This document shows, piece after piece, positions 53,498 through 64,000 of a stretch of 64,000 nucleotides of DNA; position 1 is the stretch's first letter, and each line of letters starts with the position of its first letter. The position numbers and the translations under genes are program-made. The notes under the pieces are model-generated. The model worked only from the letters and a program-made list of their open reading frames with translations, ran no database searches and was not told the DNA's origin. Origin of the DNA: a candidate division WOR-3 bacterium. Its GTDB lineage: Bacteria; Hydrothermota; Hydrothermia; B15-G9; WFZT01. Where the stretch lies: the NCBI GenBank assembly GCA_027053075.1, contig JALUEE010000033.1:1-64000 (forward strand), given 5' to 3'.

Positions 53498-53959
53498 TTA
53501 TTCTAATATTTTGCGGTATTTGAAAAATATCCTTGCCCGCATTTCGCGCAGTAGCCACTTGCCATGCGCAATGTCGTAAGCTGTTAAGAACATATTCCCC
53601 ATAAATCCTGTTAAAAGAAGGGAAATACTTAAATTTATTTTCCTCCTTTGCTTTCCAATATCTGGATCAGGGTTTGTTACTCCTGAATAGAGTGAAGCTA
53701 TGCCATAAACAAGTGCCCCGGATAATACCATGCGGCCACCCAAAATCATAGCCCCCGTGAGCTTCTTATCGAGCATAAAATGCATATAACCGGGGATGAA
53801 TGCTGAAAAAGCGTAATCATCGTAGCTGACCTTCCAGATGAGAATTTTGTACTCCCTGTAGGTCATTTTCGGGGGAACATAAGGAAGGGTAAAATGGTTT
53901 CCGTAGAGCAAATCCCCCTGATTAAAAAATATGCTTAAAATGAATAAAACGTTGAACAT
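53498..53959 (-). CDS. Hypothetical membrane protein
   Basis: Hydrophobic N-terminus, SAFIPGYMHF motif, two TM-like segments; own promoter TTGACT-N17-TAGAAT at 53969-53997. Confidence 0.65.
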   Translation of the reverse strand: MFNVLFILSIFFNQGDLLYGNHFTLPYVPPKMTYREYKILIWKVSYDDYAFSAFIPGYMHFMLDKKLTGAMILGGRMVLSGALVYGIASLYSGVTNPDPDIGKQRRKINLSISLLLTGFMGNMFLTAYDIAHGKWLLREMRARIFFKYRKILE

Positions 53960-54008
53960 CGCTTGAAAATTCTATTAATTCGTAGTTGTAAAGTCAAGCA
54001 AAAAACGA

Positions 54009-54125
54009 GCTTGTCTAAAAATGTTCCCCCTCCCATCCTCCCCCACGCACTTCGTGCGTGGGGGAGGAGACAGGTGGGGGAGATTCCTGTTAGAATTCCA
54101 ATAAATTGAAATTTTTTAAACCAGC
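54009..54125. mobile_element. MITE-like element, subfamily B copy 2
   Basis: Ends GCTTGTCTAAAAA / TTTTTAAACCAGC (11/13); 15-bp stem 54036-54068 with TTC loop; colinear with 10326-10447. Confidence 0.7.
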
Positions 54126-54317
54126 AAAATCTGGCACTTTTCAGGAATTATACTCTGTATCTATTACCGTAAAAAATCCTCTTTAAAGATTGTGCTATTT
54201 GGCACTTTTAAAGCCAATATTCAGCAGTTCAAAAATTTAAGCGCAGAGTTAATGCCATCAAAATACTCAATTTTTCAACACAAAACTTTCGATATGAAGG
54301 GCTACCGGTCAAGAACC

Positions 54318-55400
54318 CTAACCTTCTAAAACCCTCTTAGCTATCTCATCGGACATTTCACGGGTACCGACCAGTTTCTCCTCAGGCTTGCCCGAGTAAA
54401 TATCTCTTGTCCTTAATCCATCGTCGAGAACCTTCTCAACTGCCCTGTCAATCCTGTTGTAAGCATCGTCCATGTCAAAGGTGTACTTGAGCATCATTGC
54501 AGCACTCATAATCTGTGCAATGGGGTTGGCAATACCTTTCCCGGCGATATCCGGAGCCGTGCCACCCACAGGCTCGTAGAGACCAAACTTTTTCTCGTTA
54601 ATGCTCGCAGATGGTAGCATCCCGAGCGAACCTGTTATCATTGCCATTTCGTCGCTCAAAATATCTCCAAACATATTGGAAGCGAGAATCACATCGAACT
54701 GGCGCGGGTTTCTCACCAATTGCATGGCAGCATTGTCAATGTAATAATGATTCAACTCCACTTCAGGATAACTTTCATGCACCTCTTCCACTGTCCTTCT
54801 CCAGAGGAGTGAGGCATAAAGCACGTTTGCCTTATCAACTGAAGTAACTTTCTTTCCTCTTTTCATAGCCGTATCGAATGCAACCTTGGCAATCCTCTCT
54901 ACTTCCCACTTATGGTATATCATGGTATCAAAAGCGACATCGTCTTTGAGCTCCTTGGGCTTTCCGAAATAAATACCGCTCGTGAGCTCACGGACAACCA
55001 TGATATCAAAGCCACCACCAATAATTTCCTCTTTTAGCGGTGATGCCCATACAAGAGGTTTGTAAATTTTCCCGTACCTGAGATTTGCGAAAAAGTCAAA
55101 ATGCTTCCTCAAAGGAAGAAGTGCCCCTCGCTCCGGCTGTTTATCCGGTGGCAGGTGCTCCCACTTTGGACCACCTACAGAGCCAAAGAGAATGGCATCA
55201 GACTGTTCACACCTTCTCAGGGTCTCCTGCGGCAATGGAGTTCCCCAGTTATCGATAGCTATTCCACCTACATCGGCATAAACATATTCAAAACTGACGT
55301 CATAGACTTTTTCAATGGCATTTAGAACAGTGATTGCCCCTTCCATAACTTCGGGGCCAATTCCATCTCCTGGCAGTACAGCCACTCTGAACTTTTTCAT
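54318..55400 (-). CDS. leuB: 3-isopropylmalate dehydrogenase
   Basis: [50 protein letters not shown]. Confidence 0.93.
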   Translation of the reverse strand: MKKFRVAVLPGDGIGPEVMEGAITVLNAIEKVYDVSFEYVYADVGGIAIDNWGTPLPQETLRRCEQSDAILFGSVGGPKWEHLPPDKQPERGALLPLRKHFDFFANLRYGKIYKPLVWASPLKEEIIGGGFDIMVVRELTSGIYFGKPKELKDDVAFDTMIYHKWEVERIAKVAFDTAMKRGKKVTSVDKANVLYASLLWRRTVEEVHESYPEVELNHYYIDNAAMQLVRNPRQFDVILASNMFGDILSDEMAMITGSLGMLPSASINEKKFGLYEPVGGTAPDIAGKGIANPIAQIMSAAMMLKYTFDMDDAYNRIDRAVEKVLDDGLRTRDIYSGKPEEKLVGTREMSDEIAKRVLEG

Positions 55401-55882
55401 AGGTACTTCTCCTTTGCGTAGTTTAAAAGGCCACCATACTGGATTATTTCCTTGATAAATTCAGGAAATGGCCGGGATTTCAAAACCTTATCACCCACCT
55501 TAATCTCTCCCTTATCGAGATCAACTTCAATTTCATCGCCCGTTTTGACAATGTCGTATATTTCACTGTTTTCCAGAATGGGGAGGCCAATATTGATGGA
55601 ATTTCTGTAAAAGATACGGGCAAAGCTTTTTGCAATAACAAGTGCCACTCCTGAAGCCTTGATGGCAAGTGGAGCGTGCTCACGTGAGGAACCCATTCCG
55701 AAACTCTCTCCAGCAACAATGATGTCACCGGGCTGAACCTTGCCTGCAAATTCCGGGTCAATATCTTCCATACAATGTTTCGCGAGCTCTTTTTCGTCTG
55801 TTGTGTTTAAATACCTTGCAGGGATGATAACGTCAGTGTCAACGTTATCACCAAATTTCCATACTCTCCCTTTGATTTTCAT
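55397..55882 (-). CDS. leuD: 3-isopropylmalate dehydratase small subunit
   Basis: [30 protein letters not shown]. Confidence 0.9.
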   Translation of the reverse strand: MKIKGRVWKFGDNVDTDVIIPARYLNTTDEKELAKHCMEDIDPEFAGKVQPGDIIVAGESFGMGSSREHAPLAIKASGVALVIAKSFARIFYRNSINIGLPILENSEIYDIVKTGDEIEVDLDKGEIKVGDKVLKSRPFPEFIKEIIQYGGLLNYAKEKYL

Positions 55883-55885
55883 TTT

Positions 55886-57160
55886 TTACCTCCCGATGTA
55901 CTCAGGTGATACAATTTTACCAGCGATGGCTGATGCTGCGGCCACTGCAGGATTTGTGAGATAGACCTCAGATTCCACATGACCCATTCTGCCCCGGAAA
56001 TTCCTGTTGGTAGTGGAAACGGCGCGCTCGTGAGGAGCAAGGACTCCCATGTGCCCACCAAGACACGGCCCACAGGTAGGAGGTGACACAACACCACCTG
56101 CATCAAGGAAAGTTTCAATATAGCCTCTCTTCAGTGCTTCTTTGTAAATTGCAGGTGTTGCAGGAAAGACCAGTAATCTTACCTTGTCGGCGACTTTGTG
56201 ACCTTTAAGGATTTCTGCTGCAATGGCAAGGTCTGAAATTCTACCATTTGTGCACGAGCCAATTACCACCTGATCAATCTTTATATCCATTTTTTCTACA
56301 TCGTAAATGGCCTTTGCATTCTCTGGCAGATGGGGAAAAGCAACCTGTGGAACTATGTCTTCTGCTCTAAATTCATAAATTTTCTCGTATTCTGCATCCT
56401 CATCAGATTTATAAACAGTATAGTCCGGACGTTCTTTTCTTTCCTCAACATACTGAATGGTCTTCTCGTCGGGCTCGATTATTCCCGTCTTTGCTCCAGC
56501 CTCAATTGCCATGTTGCAGATGGTAAAGCGGTTATCCATATTCAGGTTTTTTATGGTATCTCCAGTAAACTCCATCACTCGATAGTTAGCTCCACTTACG
56601 CCAATTTTACCGATTATGTAGAGGATGATATCCTTACCACCGGACCATTTGGGAAGTTTACCATTGATAACAAACTTCATGGTCTCGGGCACCCTGAGCC
56701 AAACTTTGCCAGTAATCCAGGCAAAGGTCAGGTCTGTTGAGCCCACACCCGTTGAAAATGCACCAAGAGCTCCATAGGTACATGTATGCGAATCTGCACC
56801 TACGATAAGGTCTCCTGGGAGCACCACGCCCTTCTCTGGTAAAAGTGCATGCTCTATACCAACCTCTCCGACCTCGTAATGATGTGTGATACCGTGCTCT
56901 TTCGCAAAATTCCGCATGGACTGGGTAATTATAGCGGTCTTGATATCTTTATTGGGCGTGTAGTGATCAGGAATCAATCCAATCTTCTCCGGATCAAACA
57001 CCTTCTTTGCACCTATCTCATTGAACTGCTTAATAGAAAGAGCCGCGGTGATATCGTTTCCAAAGGCGAAATCAACGTCAACTAAATAAATCTCCCCGGG
57101 TTCAACGTGATCCACCCCCGCGTGTTTCGCAATTATTTTCTGGGCAATTGTTTGACCCAT
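55886..57160 (-). CDS. leuC: 3-isopropylmalate dehydratase large subunit
   Basis: [39 protein letters not shown]. Confidence 0.9.
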   Translation of the reverse strand: MGQTIAQKIIAKHAGVDHVEPGEIYLVDVDFAFGNDITAALSIKQFNEIGAKKVFDPEKIGLIPDHYTPNKDIKTAIITQSMRNFAKEHGITHHYEVGEVGIEHALLPEKGVVLPGDLIVGADSHTCTYGALGAFSTGVGSTDLTFAWITGKVWLRVPETMKFVINGKLPKWSGGKDIILYIIGKIGVSGANYRVMEFTGDTIKNLNMDNRFTICNMAIEAGAKTGIIEPDEKTIQYVEERKERPDYTVYKSDEDAEYEKIYEFRAEDIVPQVAFPHLPENAKAIYDVEKMDIKIDQVVIGSCTNGRISDLAIAAEILKGHKVADKVRLLVFPATPAIYKEALKRGYIETFLDAGGVVSPPTCGPCLGGHMGVLAPHERAVSTTNRNFRGRMGHVESEVYLTNPAVAAASAIAGKIVSPEYIGR

Positions 57161-57260
57161 GACAACCTCCTTACAGATTTAAACAGTTTATTATAAAGGG
57201 TGAGTGTGATGGATTGCCTTTCGCGCTTGGCAGGTTCCACAGCGACAAATTGAGTTGTCA

Positions 57261-57527
57261 AGTCCTGGAAAGTTCTGGCTAATAAAAATATTCCTCTCCC
57301 CGCATAAATATTGGCGGGGAGAGGAGTAAGGAGAGGGGCTAAATATTTCACTTTCCTCAGAAAATCCTCACCCATCTACAGAATGTTTTCCATCTTAAAT
57401 TTTAATTTTCAAGCGGAATGCCCCTCCCAAAACCCAACCCCATTTGCAAAGCAAGTGGGGGTTGGGAAAACTTAGATCATGCCGTTTCGCAGATGTGTTA
57501 ATAGAGAATGAATCTTCGAACCGACTC
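57261..57527. mobile_element. MITE-like element, subfamily C copy 2
   Basis: Colinear with 17902-18185 (both hairpins and the shared TTTTAATTTTCAAGCGGAATGCCCC block); right end reverse complement GAGTCGGTTCGAAGATT matches 12483 GAGTCTGTTGGAATATT 14/17; left end degenerate. Confidence 0.7.
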
Positions 57528-57624
57528 AGTCTTGACAGTCTTCACGGAAGGGGGTCAATATATAGGAAAGTATGTGCAATTTTAAAAGATTAGTTTGTGA
57601 TGAAGGTTCATCAAAGGAGAACGG

Positions 57625-58809
57625 ATGGAGAAGAATAAAACGATTACTGTTTCCCCGTTAAAACTCGCACTTTCGTTCCTGAAAATAGGCCTCACTGCCT
57701 ACGGGATTGCCATTCTTCAGCAGATGAGGGCAACTATTTTAGGTAACAGATGGCTTTCCCCTGAAAAATTTGAGGAAGGCCTTGCTATGGTTCAGCTCTA
57801 TCCAGGCCCCATTATGTTTGACCTTGGCACCTATTCCGCCTATGAAATCTGTGGATTCACCTGTGCTGCCCTCGCCATGTTCTCCTTCCTTCTCCCTTCA
57901 TATCTCCTGATGGTAGCACTCTCCTACGTTTACTTCAAATTTGGCAACGTCTCGTGGATTCACCCTTTATTTCTCGCCCTTGAAGCCATGGTTGTGGGTG
58001 TAATTACTCATATTTTTATCGACTTTGTCAAAAAATATGCCCTCAGCTGGCAGGGGATTCTGATCGCAACTCTCTCCTTTGTCTTAATGATCTTTCAGGT
58101 GAGTGCTATCCTTATAATCTTCCTCGCTGCCCTGCTTTCCATGATCATTATTACGAAAATTAAAAATCCTCGAAAGAATGTGAAAGCTTTTGAAACTTCA
58201 TCTCACACTGGAAGTATCGAGAAAGTTGGTTTTGGAGCGACTGCACTCGTATTCGTTGGTTTAATTGTACTCACTATCATCTCTCCAAAGGGCTCTGCTG
58301 CCGCTCTTACAACCTCTATGTTCAAAATCGGAGCAGTGGCCTTTGGAAATGCCTTCACCATCATGCCCCTGATGCAGCAGGAGGTGGTCTCAATTCATCA
58401 CTGGCTAACCCTGAAGCAGTTTTCGGACGGAATAGCCCTTGGGCAAATAACCCCAGGTCCATTTTTGATCACAGCCGTATTCATTGGCTATAAAGTTTCG
58501 GGAATCCCGGGAAGTGCCCTTGCTGCATTCGCAATATTCTTCCCGAGTTTTTTCTATACCCTTATCGCAACCCTCACCTATGCAAAGATCAGAAACAACA
58601 TGTATGTAAAAAAGGCTATAAAAGGCATTCTATCCGCGTTTACCGGCATGCTACTTTATGTTTTGATAAGTATTGGAAAGTTTTCGCTTAAAAACCCAGT
58701 CGCCATCATCTGGGCCCTATGGGCATTTGTAGCGGTCCGATTTCTGAAGCTAAACCTGCTGTGGGTTTTCTTTATCGGACTCACCTTCACCGTTTTCTTT
58801 TACATCTAA
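57625..58809 (+). CDS. chrA: Chromate ion transporter (CHR family, long-chain)
   Basis: Two homologous halves FLKIGLTAYG / FKIGAVAFG, with QLYPGP / QITPGP motifs. Confidence 0.85.
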   Translation: MEKNKTITVSPLKLALSFLKIGLTAYGIAILQQMRATILGNRWLSPEKFEEGLAMVQLYPGPIMFDLGTYSAYEICGFTCAALAMFSFLLPSYLLMVALSYVYFKFGNVSWIHPLFLALEAMVVGVITHIFIDFVKKYALSWQGILIATLSFVLMIFQVSAILIIFLAALLSMIIITKIKNPRKNVKAFETSSHTGSIEKVGFGATALVFVGLIVLTIISPKGSAAALTTSMFKIGAVAFGNAFTIMPLMQQEVVSIHHWLTLKQFSDGIALGQITPGPFLITAVFIGYKVSGIPGSALAAFAIFFPSFFYTLIATLTYAKIRNNMYVKKAIKGILSAFTGMLLYVLISIGKFSLKNPVAIIWALWAFVAVRFLKLNLLWVFFIGLTFTVFFYI

Positions 58810-61800
58810 TTCAGCATGATCAATTTCCTGATTAAAACCTTCCCTTGAGCTTTAACTTTAATAAAATAAACACCTTCTTTAAGGTTACCCCTAAGCTCGT
58901 AAGTCTTTATCCCTGGAGTAAAACTCTCGATCTTCTTGAAAATTGCTCTACCACCTGCATCATAGACCACAATCTCGACATCTTCGCTTTTTGGAATAGA
59001 AAAGGTCAGTTTTGCGCTGTTGTGGGCCGGATTGGGGGCAACACTAAGGTCAAATCTGTGAGGAATTATATCGGATTCTCCAACATTTACGAGTATCACC
59101 CTGAAGTGGTAGATACTGTCCTCTGGATCATAGGCCTCGTTGGGGTCGTGGGCATTGTCTATTGCGTAAATAAAGTAGTTTACCGTCGTTGTGTCCTGAA
59201 CCTGCGGGATAAATGCATGGTAAAAGTTTGCCGTATCGAGAACCATATCCAGACTGTCGAAAATTCGTGGCGATTCACCAAAGGCATAGAAGAGCCTCAC
59301 TGCCCTCAGCCCATTTTCATCAAATACACGGGTTCTGATCTCATAGGGCCCCATAAAGCTTGTATCGTGCCATATAGTTGTGGACTCGATAACTGGTGGT
59401 GTAACATCAATGGCAAAAGTCCAGACATCTGAAGAGCTCCAGTTGCCTGCGTCATCGTATGCCTTCACCCACCAGGTGTACCACCCTTCATGTAGAGTGG
59501 TCTCGTAATAGTAACTTGTATCTGAAATTTCAGCAAAAATTGTGGTATCCGTTGAGTCTGCGAGATAAAGTTCATAGAAAGTTTGCTTGTTACCATCCTT
59601 TTTAACCAATTTCTCTGTGGGATGCCAGCAGAACCAAACTCCGTAAGGATCAGAGGAAATGCTCGAATCTTCTGGGAAAATGAGCACCACAGGCTCAGGT
59701 GGGATCGTGTCCACGTAGAAAACCGCAATCTCGCTGAAACTCACATTCCCCGCGCTATCATAACTCCTTACCTGCCAGTACCATTCTCCATTTCCTATAG
59801 AGGTAAGCATATAGGTGGTATCCATCATGGTTGTGTCAATTTCTGGATTCATCATATCCGGGTTGTCTGCAATGAGAAAACGATAACCGGCAAGTCCACT
59901 AAGTGTGTCGTGTGACGGCATCCAGCTGAACTGATAGGGGAAAGATGTGATATAATAACCGTACCCGGGATAAAGCAAGATGGAAGCTGTCGGTGGCTCA
60001 TTGTCCACCCTGAAGCTATCCCTAAGCGACCAATCTGAAGTCCTGCCTCCATATAATGTCCTCACATGCCATGTATATGAACCAGTGGGCAATGTCACAA
60101 TAGCTGAGTCCTCGCTCACCGTATCCCTTATTAACGGGTACCCATTAACCATCACCTCCACTATGTATGAAAGAGTGTCCTTCGTTGATACCTGCCATCT
60201 CAGTGTCACCGGACTCCTCGTCCATGTGTTTCCAATAGGTGAAACCAATGTTGGCACCGGGAGTGGTGCATAGTGGTGGAAAATACGAATACCACTCGGA
60301 GACATATTCCCCACACTATCAAAACTCTCCACCATCCAGTACCAGTCTCCATAGTTAAGGGAGGTGAGAGTGAATGTCGTATCAGAGAGTGTGGTATCAA
60401 CAACAGGGTTTGCCATGCTGTCATTATCCGCAACAAGAAGTCGGTACCCTGCAAGACCTGCTAAAGTATCAGTTGATGATGACCAGATAAAGTGGATAGT
60501 TCCACTGATTGTATCTTCATCTGGAGGTGAAATGAGATTTGGTGAAGTCGGACCTGTGGTGTCTCCTACGAGCATCCACGGTGAGGTCCACTGGCTTGAA
60601 TTACCCTGATAATCAACCTCTCTCACGCGCCAGAGGAGCCTGCCTTCAGGAATATTTAATGTCAGCGTTGTATCCGCAAGCGTGTCATCATAAAAAGTGC
60701 TCGTGAAACTGGAATCATTTAAAGAAAGCTGGAAATTGAAGAATCGATTGGACTTATTCCTCAGCTCTAACGTTTTTCTCAGCCTAACAATTTCTGTTTT
60801 TACGAAATTCTTACTGCCCGATCTCCATACAAACTGCATATTCTGGAGATTGTTGGTCATTGAATCGTTGTGAGGTAAAACCAGCTCTGGAACAGGTAAA
60901 ATATGCCTTATTACAAACCAGGCCGTATCAGAAACTGCCACGTTACATGCACTATCAAAGGCAGTAATAGCGAAATAAAATGTCCCGGTGGTGAGGATTA
61001 GGGTCGCTGTGGTATCGGTTGCCTCAATCATCCCAGATGCCGCGCCCCAGTAATTTAGCTGATACATCCGTATTCCAAAGTTGTCAGATGAGCTCGACCA
61101 TATTACCGTTACCGTATCATTGTACAGGGTGTCATTTTGAGGGGATATAATGGCGGGTGCCGATGGTTTTGTTGTATCAACGGCAAATCTTGCTGGATCT
61201 GACCAATCTGATGTGCCAGCCTGATTGGAAGCACGCACATGCCAGTAAAAATGTCCCTCGGGGAGAGTCATCAAAGCCGTTGTATCCGTGGTTACAAGCG
61301 TATCAATCACATTGTTGAAAAAGCTATCCGTGGCTATTTGCAGAGTGTAGTTTACACTGGTCTTCTTATCTGGTGCTTCATCGGCCCTGGCTATACTTTC
61401 AATGGCTTTGAACACTTTTACCCCCGGTGACCAGACAAATCTCACCGTGTCGTAATTAAAAATTGTGTCAAGTGGTGCAAGTATTTGAGGCACAGGTGGT
61501 GGATTTAGAATTCCCACATAAAAATGCAGTGTATCACTGTACCTCTGGTCAAGCAGACTATCTTCTGCAACAACAAACCACCAATGCCATCCGTTTTGAA
61601 GATTAAAATCCACCTGCCATATCGTATCAGTTACCGTTGCCACCATCTGGCTATCAATAAACACGTGATAGCCGGTTATACTTGAAAGTATGTCAGTTGC
61701 CTGGTGCCAGATAAGGTTGATGGTGTCACTGGTTCCAAAAGTACTTGAGTCGGAGGGTGAGATAAGATTAAAGTGGCTAATCCCATTCATTATCCTTATA

Positions 61801-64000
61801 CCATCTGTGGGGTCACTTTCGCTGCTGAGTCCAACTTTGTTGTAGGCAACAACCTTTGCATAGTATGTTGAATCACCCCTGAGGTTCATGGGACCTACGC
61901 GGTAAGACCTTACATTTGGTGGGACGTTGAATCGATAAAGGACATTCTGAACACTCGGGTCTCCTGATATTTTTATCACAAAACTATCGAGAAGCGATTC
62001 ATAATCTCCATAGCAGGTCCAGCTAAAAGACAGGGAATCGTGGCTTGGAGTCAAATCTCCCTCATCACGTACATTTATAGGTCTGAAAGGTGGAGTTGTG
62101 TCAATGATACAGGTACCACGCAGAATCGAAGTTTTACCGTAATTGTCAAGAAGTTTTACGTAAAGTGCCACAGGCCCCACTCTGTTGAAAATGTAACTCG
62201 TCTCGGCATCAAACGGCATCCATGGGGTCCAATCCCGCATATTTGTTGAGAACTTCATGCTATCCACAGTAACTGTCTTGTTTTTGTACTTATCCAGGTC
62301 AATATAGACAGAGACCGTTTCTGAGGCCTCAAATCCACTTCCAAGGTAAACATTTCCAGAAGGTCCCGATGGATCGTAGTCAATGGTGATTGCGGGTGGA
62401 TGATATTCATTTCCAGCTTTGTCTTTGAAAGTTACACTTATGGTCCTTGGACCTACAGCTCCTGAATCTACATTGTAAATAACGGTGAATGGTGCTGTAA
62501 TGGGAAACGGGTACAATGAATTATTTATCCTGTAAGAAGACATTCCACTTCCACCATCAATGGCATAAATGTTTAAAGTACACTCTGTTGTCTCAAGGAA
62601 TGGTGCATGGTTCAAGAGTGTCACCCACCCGGTATCAGGAGGTGTAGTGTCTACTATTATGTCGTCGTGATAACTTCTTACCTGACTTGCCGTTTTCACT
62701 TCTGCATAAACAGTTCTCCTCCCCTCTCCTGCAAGGAGGTTCCAGTTGGGATAGGATGAGCTGTAAGGAATCCAGCCGGTACCTGTGGCAAATTGTGGAT
62801 CATTTGAGATTCTCATTGAATCTGGAGCACCCATGACACGAAATCCCATATCATAGCCACAGGGGTACCAGTAAAGTCCCTTCTTCATGGGACTGTAATA
62901 GAGGTGCCCCTCTGTGTAGTTCGTATCGGACCCCACTGCCACGTGTATGTTGTTCTGATACTCGCCAAGTGAATCCTGAAAGATTGCTATAAAGTAAACC
63001 GTATCAGAGTCAACTGAAATTGGGGTTGGTAATTGTATAGTGAGCCATCCACCTACATCCTCATGCAGGGTATCAAGGAACAGTGGTTGATATGGTGAAT
63101 GTTCACCATCAACCACAGTATCGGAGTAAATTCCCACCTTTGCTCCTGAGTCCGCATTGTCAATACATATACTGAACGCACCTATTCTATCAGAATGGGG
63201 GATAAAGGATTGGGCAAGTGGATACTCCCCAAAAGATTCACTTATAGTCGAATTTGATGCCAATATTCCAATAGCATTTATGGTCAAATCTACCGTGGAA
63301 GAATTTGTAAATGTGGAGTCGTCATTTATGGTGAGTTTTCCATAGTAATCAAGCAGGATAGCAGAGGATACCGGATAGTGTGGCGAGACCCCAAGAGAAT
63401 CGGTAAAAATTACGTTTATCAGGTGATTCCCGCTTGATCCAGAAAGGGTGTAGGAATAAGTAGAACCTGATGAGTAAGGATACGTTACTGTTCTATTACC
63501 ACTCTCGTAGATAGTTATTGACTTCACCGGTACCAGTGTGGATTCTATCGTCACATCTGTAATGCTTATCGTTGGATTCAGGGTTGAGGAATCGCCATTG
63601 TTTATAGAGAATGTCCCAATAGGTCCTGTCTGATCCACGGTCACAACCTTCATGATTGAGTCACTCACATTGCCCGCAAGGTCGGAAAATCTTACCCAGA
63701 TGGTATCAATCTCGTTATTATATGTTCTCGTGTGCATGGTCCAGTTAACTGAGTAATCAAATCCATTGCCATAATCAAAGGTTTGCCACGTACTTCCATT
63801 ATCCCTGACAATAACCTGCGAAGGTGGAAGTGTGTCTCCAAACTGGGTGAATGTATCCATTGCCGTAAAGTAAATTACCGTGTTCTTGGTAATTACATTT
63901 GAAATATTGACCGTTCCCACAGGTGGAATTGAGTCAATATTTGTCAATGTATGATTCAAGATGAGAGTATCAAAATTTGTAAGATAAACGGGAATACTAT
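58806..64000 (-). CDS. Giant secreted Ig-like/FN3-repeat surface protein with T9SS-like C-terminal domain (5' truncated by the window)
   Basis: Repeated D.T.P..P.L..P...W...Y.W.V...D..GN units; APNP...VYDAGGR...GVYFIKV...RKLIMLN tail; frame open to the window end. Confidence 0.8.
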   Translation of the reverse strand, partial: SIPVYLTNFDTLILNHTLTNIDSIPPVGTVNISNVITKNTVIYFTAMDTFTQFGDTLPPSQVIVRDNGSTWQTFDYGNGFDYSVNWTMHTRTYNNEIDTIWVRFSDLAGNVSDSIMKVVTVDQTGPIGTFSINNGDSSTLNPTISITDVTIESTLVPVKSITIYESGNRTVTYPYSSGSTYSYTLSGSSGNHLINVIFTDSLGVSPHYPVSSAILLDYYGKLTINDDSTFTNSSTVDLTINAIGILASNSTISESFGEYPLAQSFIPHSDRIGAFSICIDNADSGAKVGIYSDTVVDGEHSPYQPLFLDTLHEDVGGWLTIQLPTPISVDSDTVYFIAIFQDSLGEYQNNIHVAVGSDTNYTEGHLYYSPMKKGLYWYPCGYDMGFRVMGAPDSMRISNDPQFATGTGWIPYSSSYPNWNLLAGEGRRTVYAEVKTASQVRSYHDDIIVDTTPPDTGWVTLLNHAPFLETTECTLNIYAIDGGSGMSSYRINNSLYPFPITAPFTVIYNVDSGAVGPRTISVTFKDKAGNEYHPPAITIDYDPSGPSGNVYLGSGFEASETVSVYIDLDKYKNKTVTVDSMKFSTNMRDWTPWMPFDAETSYIFNRVGPVALYVKLLDNYGKTSILRGTCIIDTTPPFRPINVRDEGDLTPSHDSLSFSWTCYGDYESLLDSFVIKISGDPSVQNVLYRFNVPPNVRSYRVGPMNLRGDSTYYAKVVAYNKVGLSSESDPTDGIRIMNGISHFNLISPSDSSTFGTSDTINLIWHQATDILSSITGYHVFIDSQMVATVTDTIWQVDFNLQNGWHWWFVVAEDSLLDQRYSDTLHFYVGILNPPPVPQILAPLDTIFNYDTVRFVWSPGVKVFKAIESIARADEAPDKKTSVNYTLQIATDSFFNNVIDTLVTTDTTALMTLPEGHFYWHVRASNQAGTSDWSDPARFAVDTTKPSAPAIISPQNDTLYNDTVTVIWSSSSDNFGIRMYQLNYWGAASGMIEATDTTATLILTTGTFYFAITAFDSACNVAVSDTAWFVIRHILPVPELVLPHNDSMTNNLQNMQFVWRSGSKNFVKTEIVRLRKTLELRNKSNRFFNFQLSLNDSSFTSTFYDDTLADTTLTLNIPEGRLLWRVREVDYQGNSSQWTSPWMLVGDTTGPTSPNLISPPDEDTISGTIHFIWSSSTDTLAGLAGYRLLVADNDSMANPVVDTTLSDTTFTLTSLNYGDWYWMVESFDSVGNMSPSGIRIFHHYAPLPVPTLVSPIGNTWTRSPVTLRWQVSTKDTLSYIVEVMVNGYPLIRDTVSEDSAIVTLPTGSYTWHVRTLYGGRTSDWSLRDSFRVDNEPPTASILLYPGYGYYITSFPYQFSWMPSHDTLSGLAGYRFLIADNPDMMNPEIDTTMMDTTYMLTSIGNGEWYWQVRSYDSAGNVSFSEIAVFYVDTIPPEPVVLIFPEDSSISSDPYGVWFCWHPTEKLVKKDGNKQTFYELYLADSTDTTIFAEISDTSYYYETTLHEGWYTWWVKAYDDAGNWSSSDVWTFAIDVTPPVIESTTIWHDTSFMGPYEIRTRVFDENGLRAVRLFYAFGESPRIFDSLDMVLDTANFYHAFIPQVQDTTTVNYFIYAIDNAHDPNEAYDPEDSIYHFRVILVNVGESDIIPHRFDLSVAPNPAHNSAKLTFSIPKSEDVEIVVYDAGGRAIFKKIESFTPGIKTYELRGNLKEGVYFIKVKAQGKVLIRKLIMLN

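Noticed and set aside
54199..54218. GG-N10-GC element (TTGGCACTTTTAAAGCCAA) as a sigma54 promoter
   Set aside because: The -12 box deviates from TTGC on both strands, the + orientation faces the 3' end of leuB, and the downstream minus-strand gene already has a good sigma70 promoter.
57161..57261. Leucine attenuator, T-box or TTGACA-based promoter upstream of leuC
   Set aside because: No Leu-rich leader ORF or T-box motif, and the TTGACA at 57256-57261 has no matching -10.

Overview
Gene-dense bacterial chromosomal segment, mostly housekeeping. The organism is a diderm (lpxK) with five secreted proteins ending in T9SS/FlgD-like C-terminal domains; by inference it is an FCB-related, WOR-3/Hydrothermia-like and probably thermophilic lineage. 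Core genes include nagB, tyrS, asnS, ligA, folC, gcvT, lpxK and leuCDB. The main accessory locus (41948-53444) is a complete c-di-GMP-type cellulose secretion cluster with an unusual layout: V4R-like gene, BcsR/BcsP-like gene, bcsQ, bcsA, bcsB, an antisense leaderless bcsZ, then bcsC. Other notable items: five related MITE-like elements with shared terminal inverted repeats and internal hairpins whose loops are flipped between copies; GC-rich palindromes with GNA triloops; many apparently leaderless genes; a stand-alone 12-heme cytochrome c; a partner-switching operon without a sigma factor; a frameshifted aeRF1-like gene; and a tandem SHOCT pair behind a palindromic operator. No rRNA, tRNA or CRISPR array was recognised. 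All family calls come from reading motifs by eye, not from database searches.
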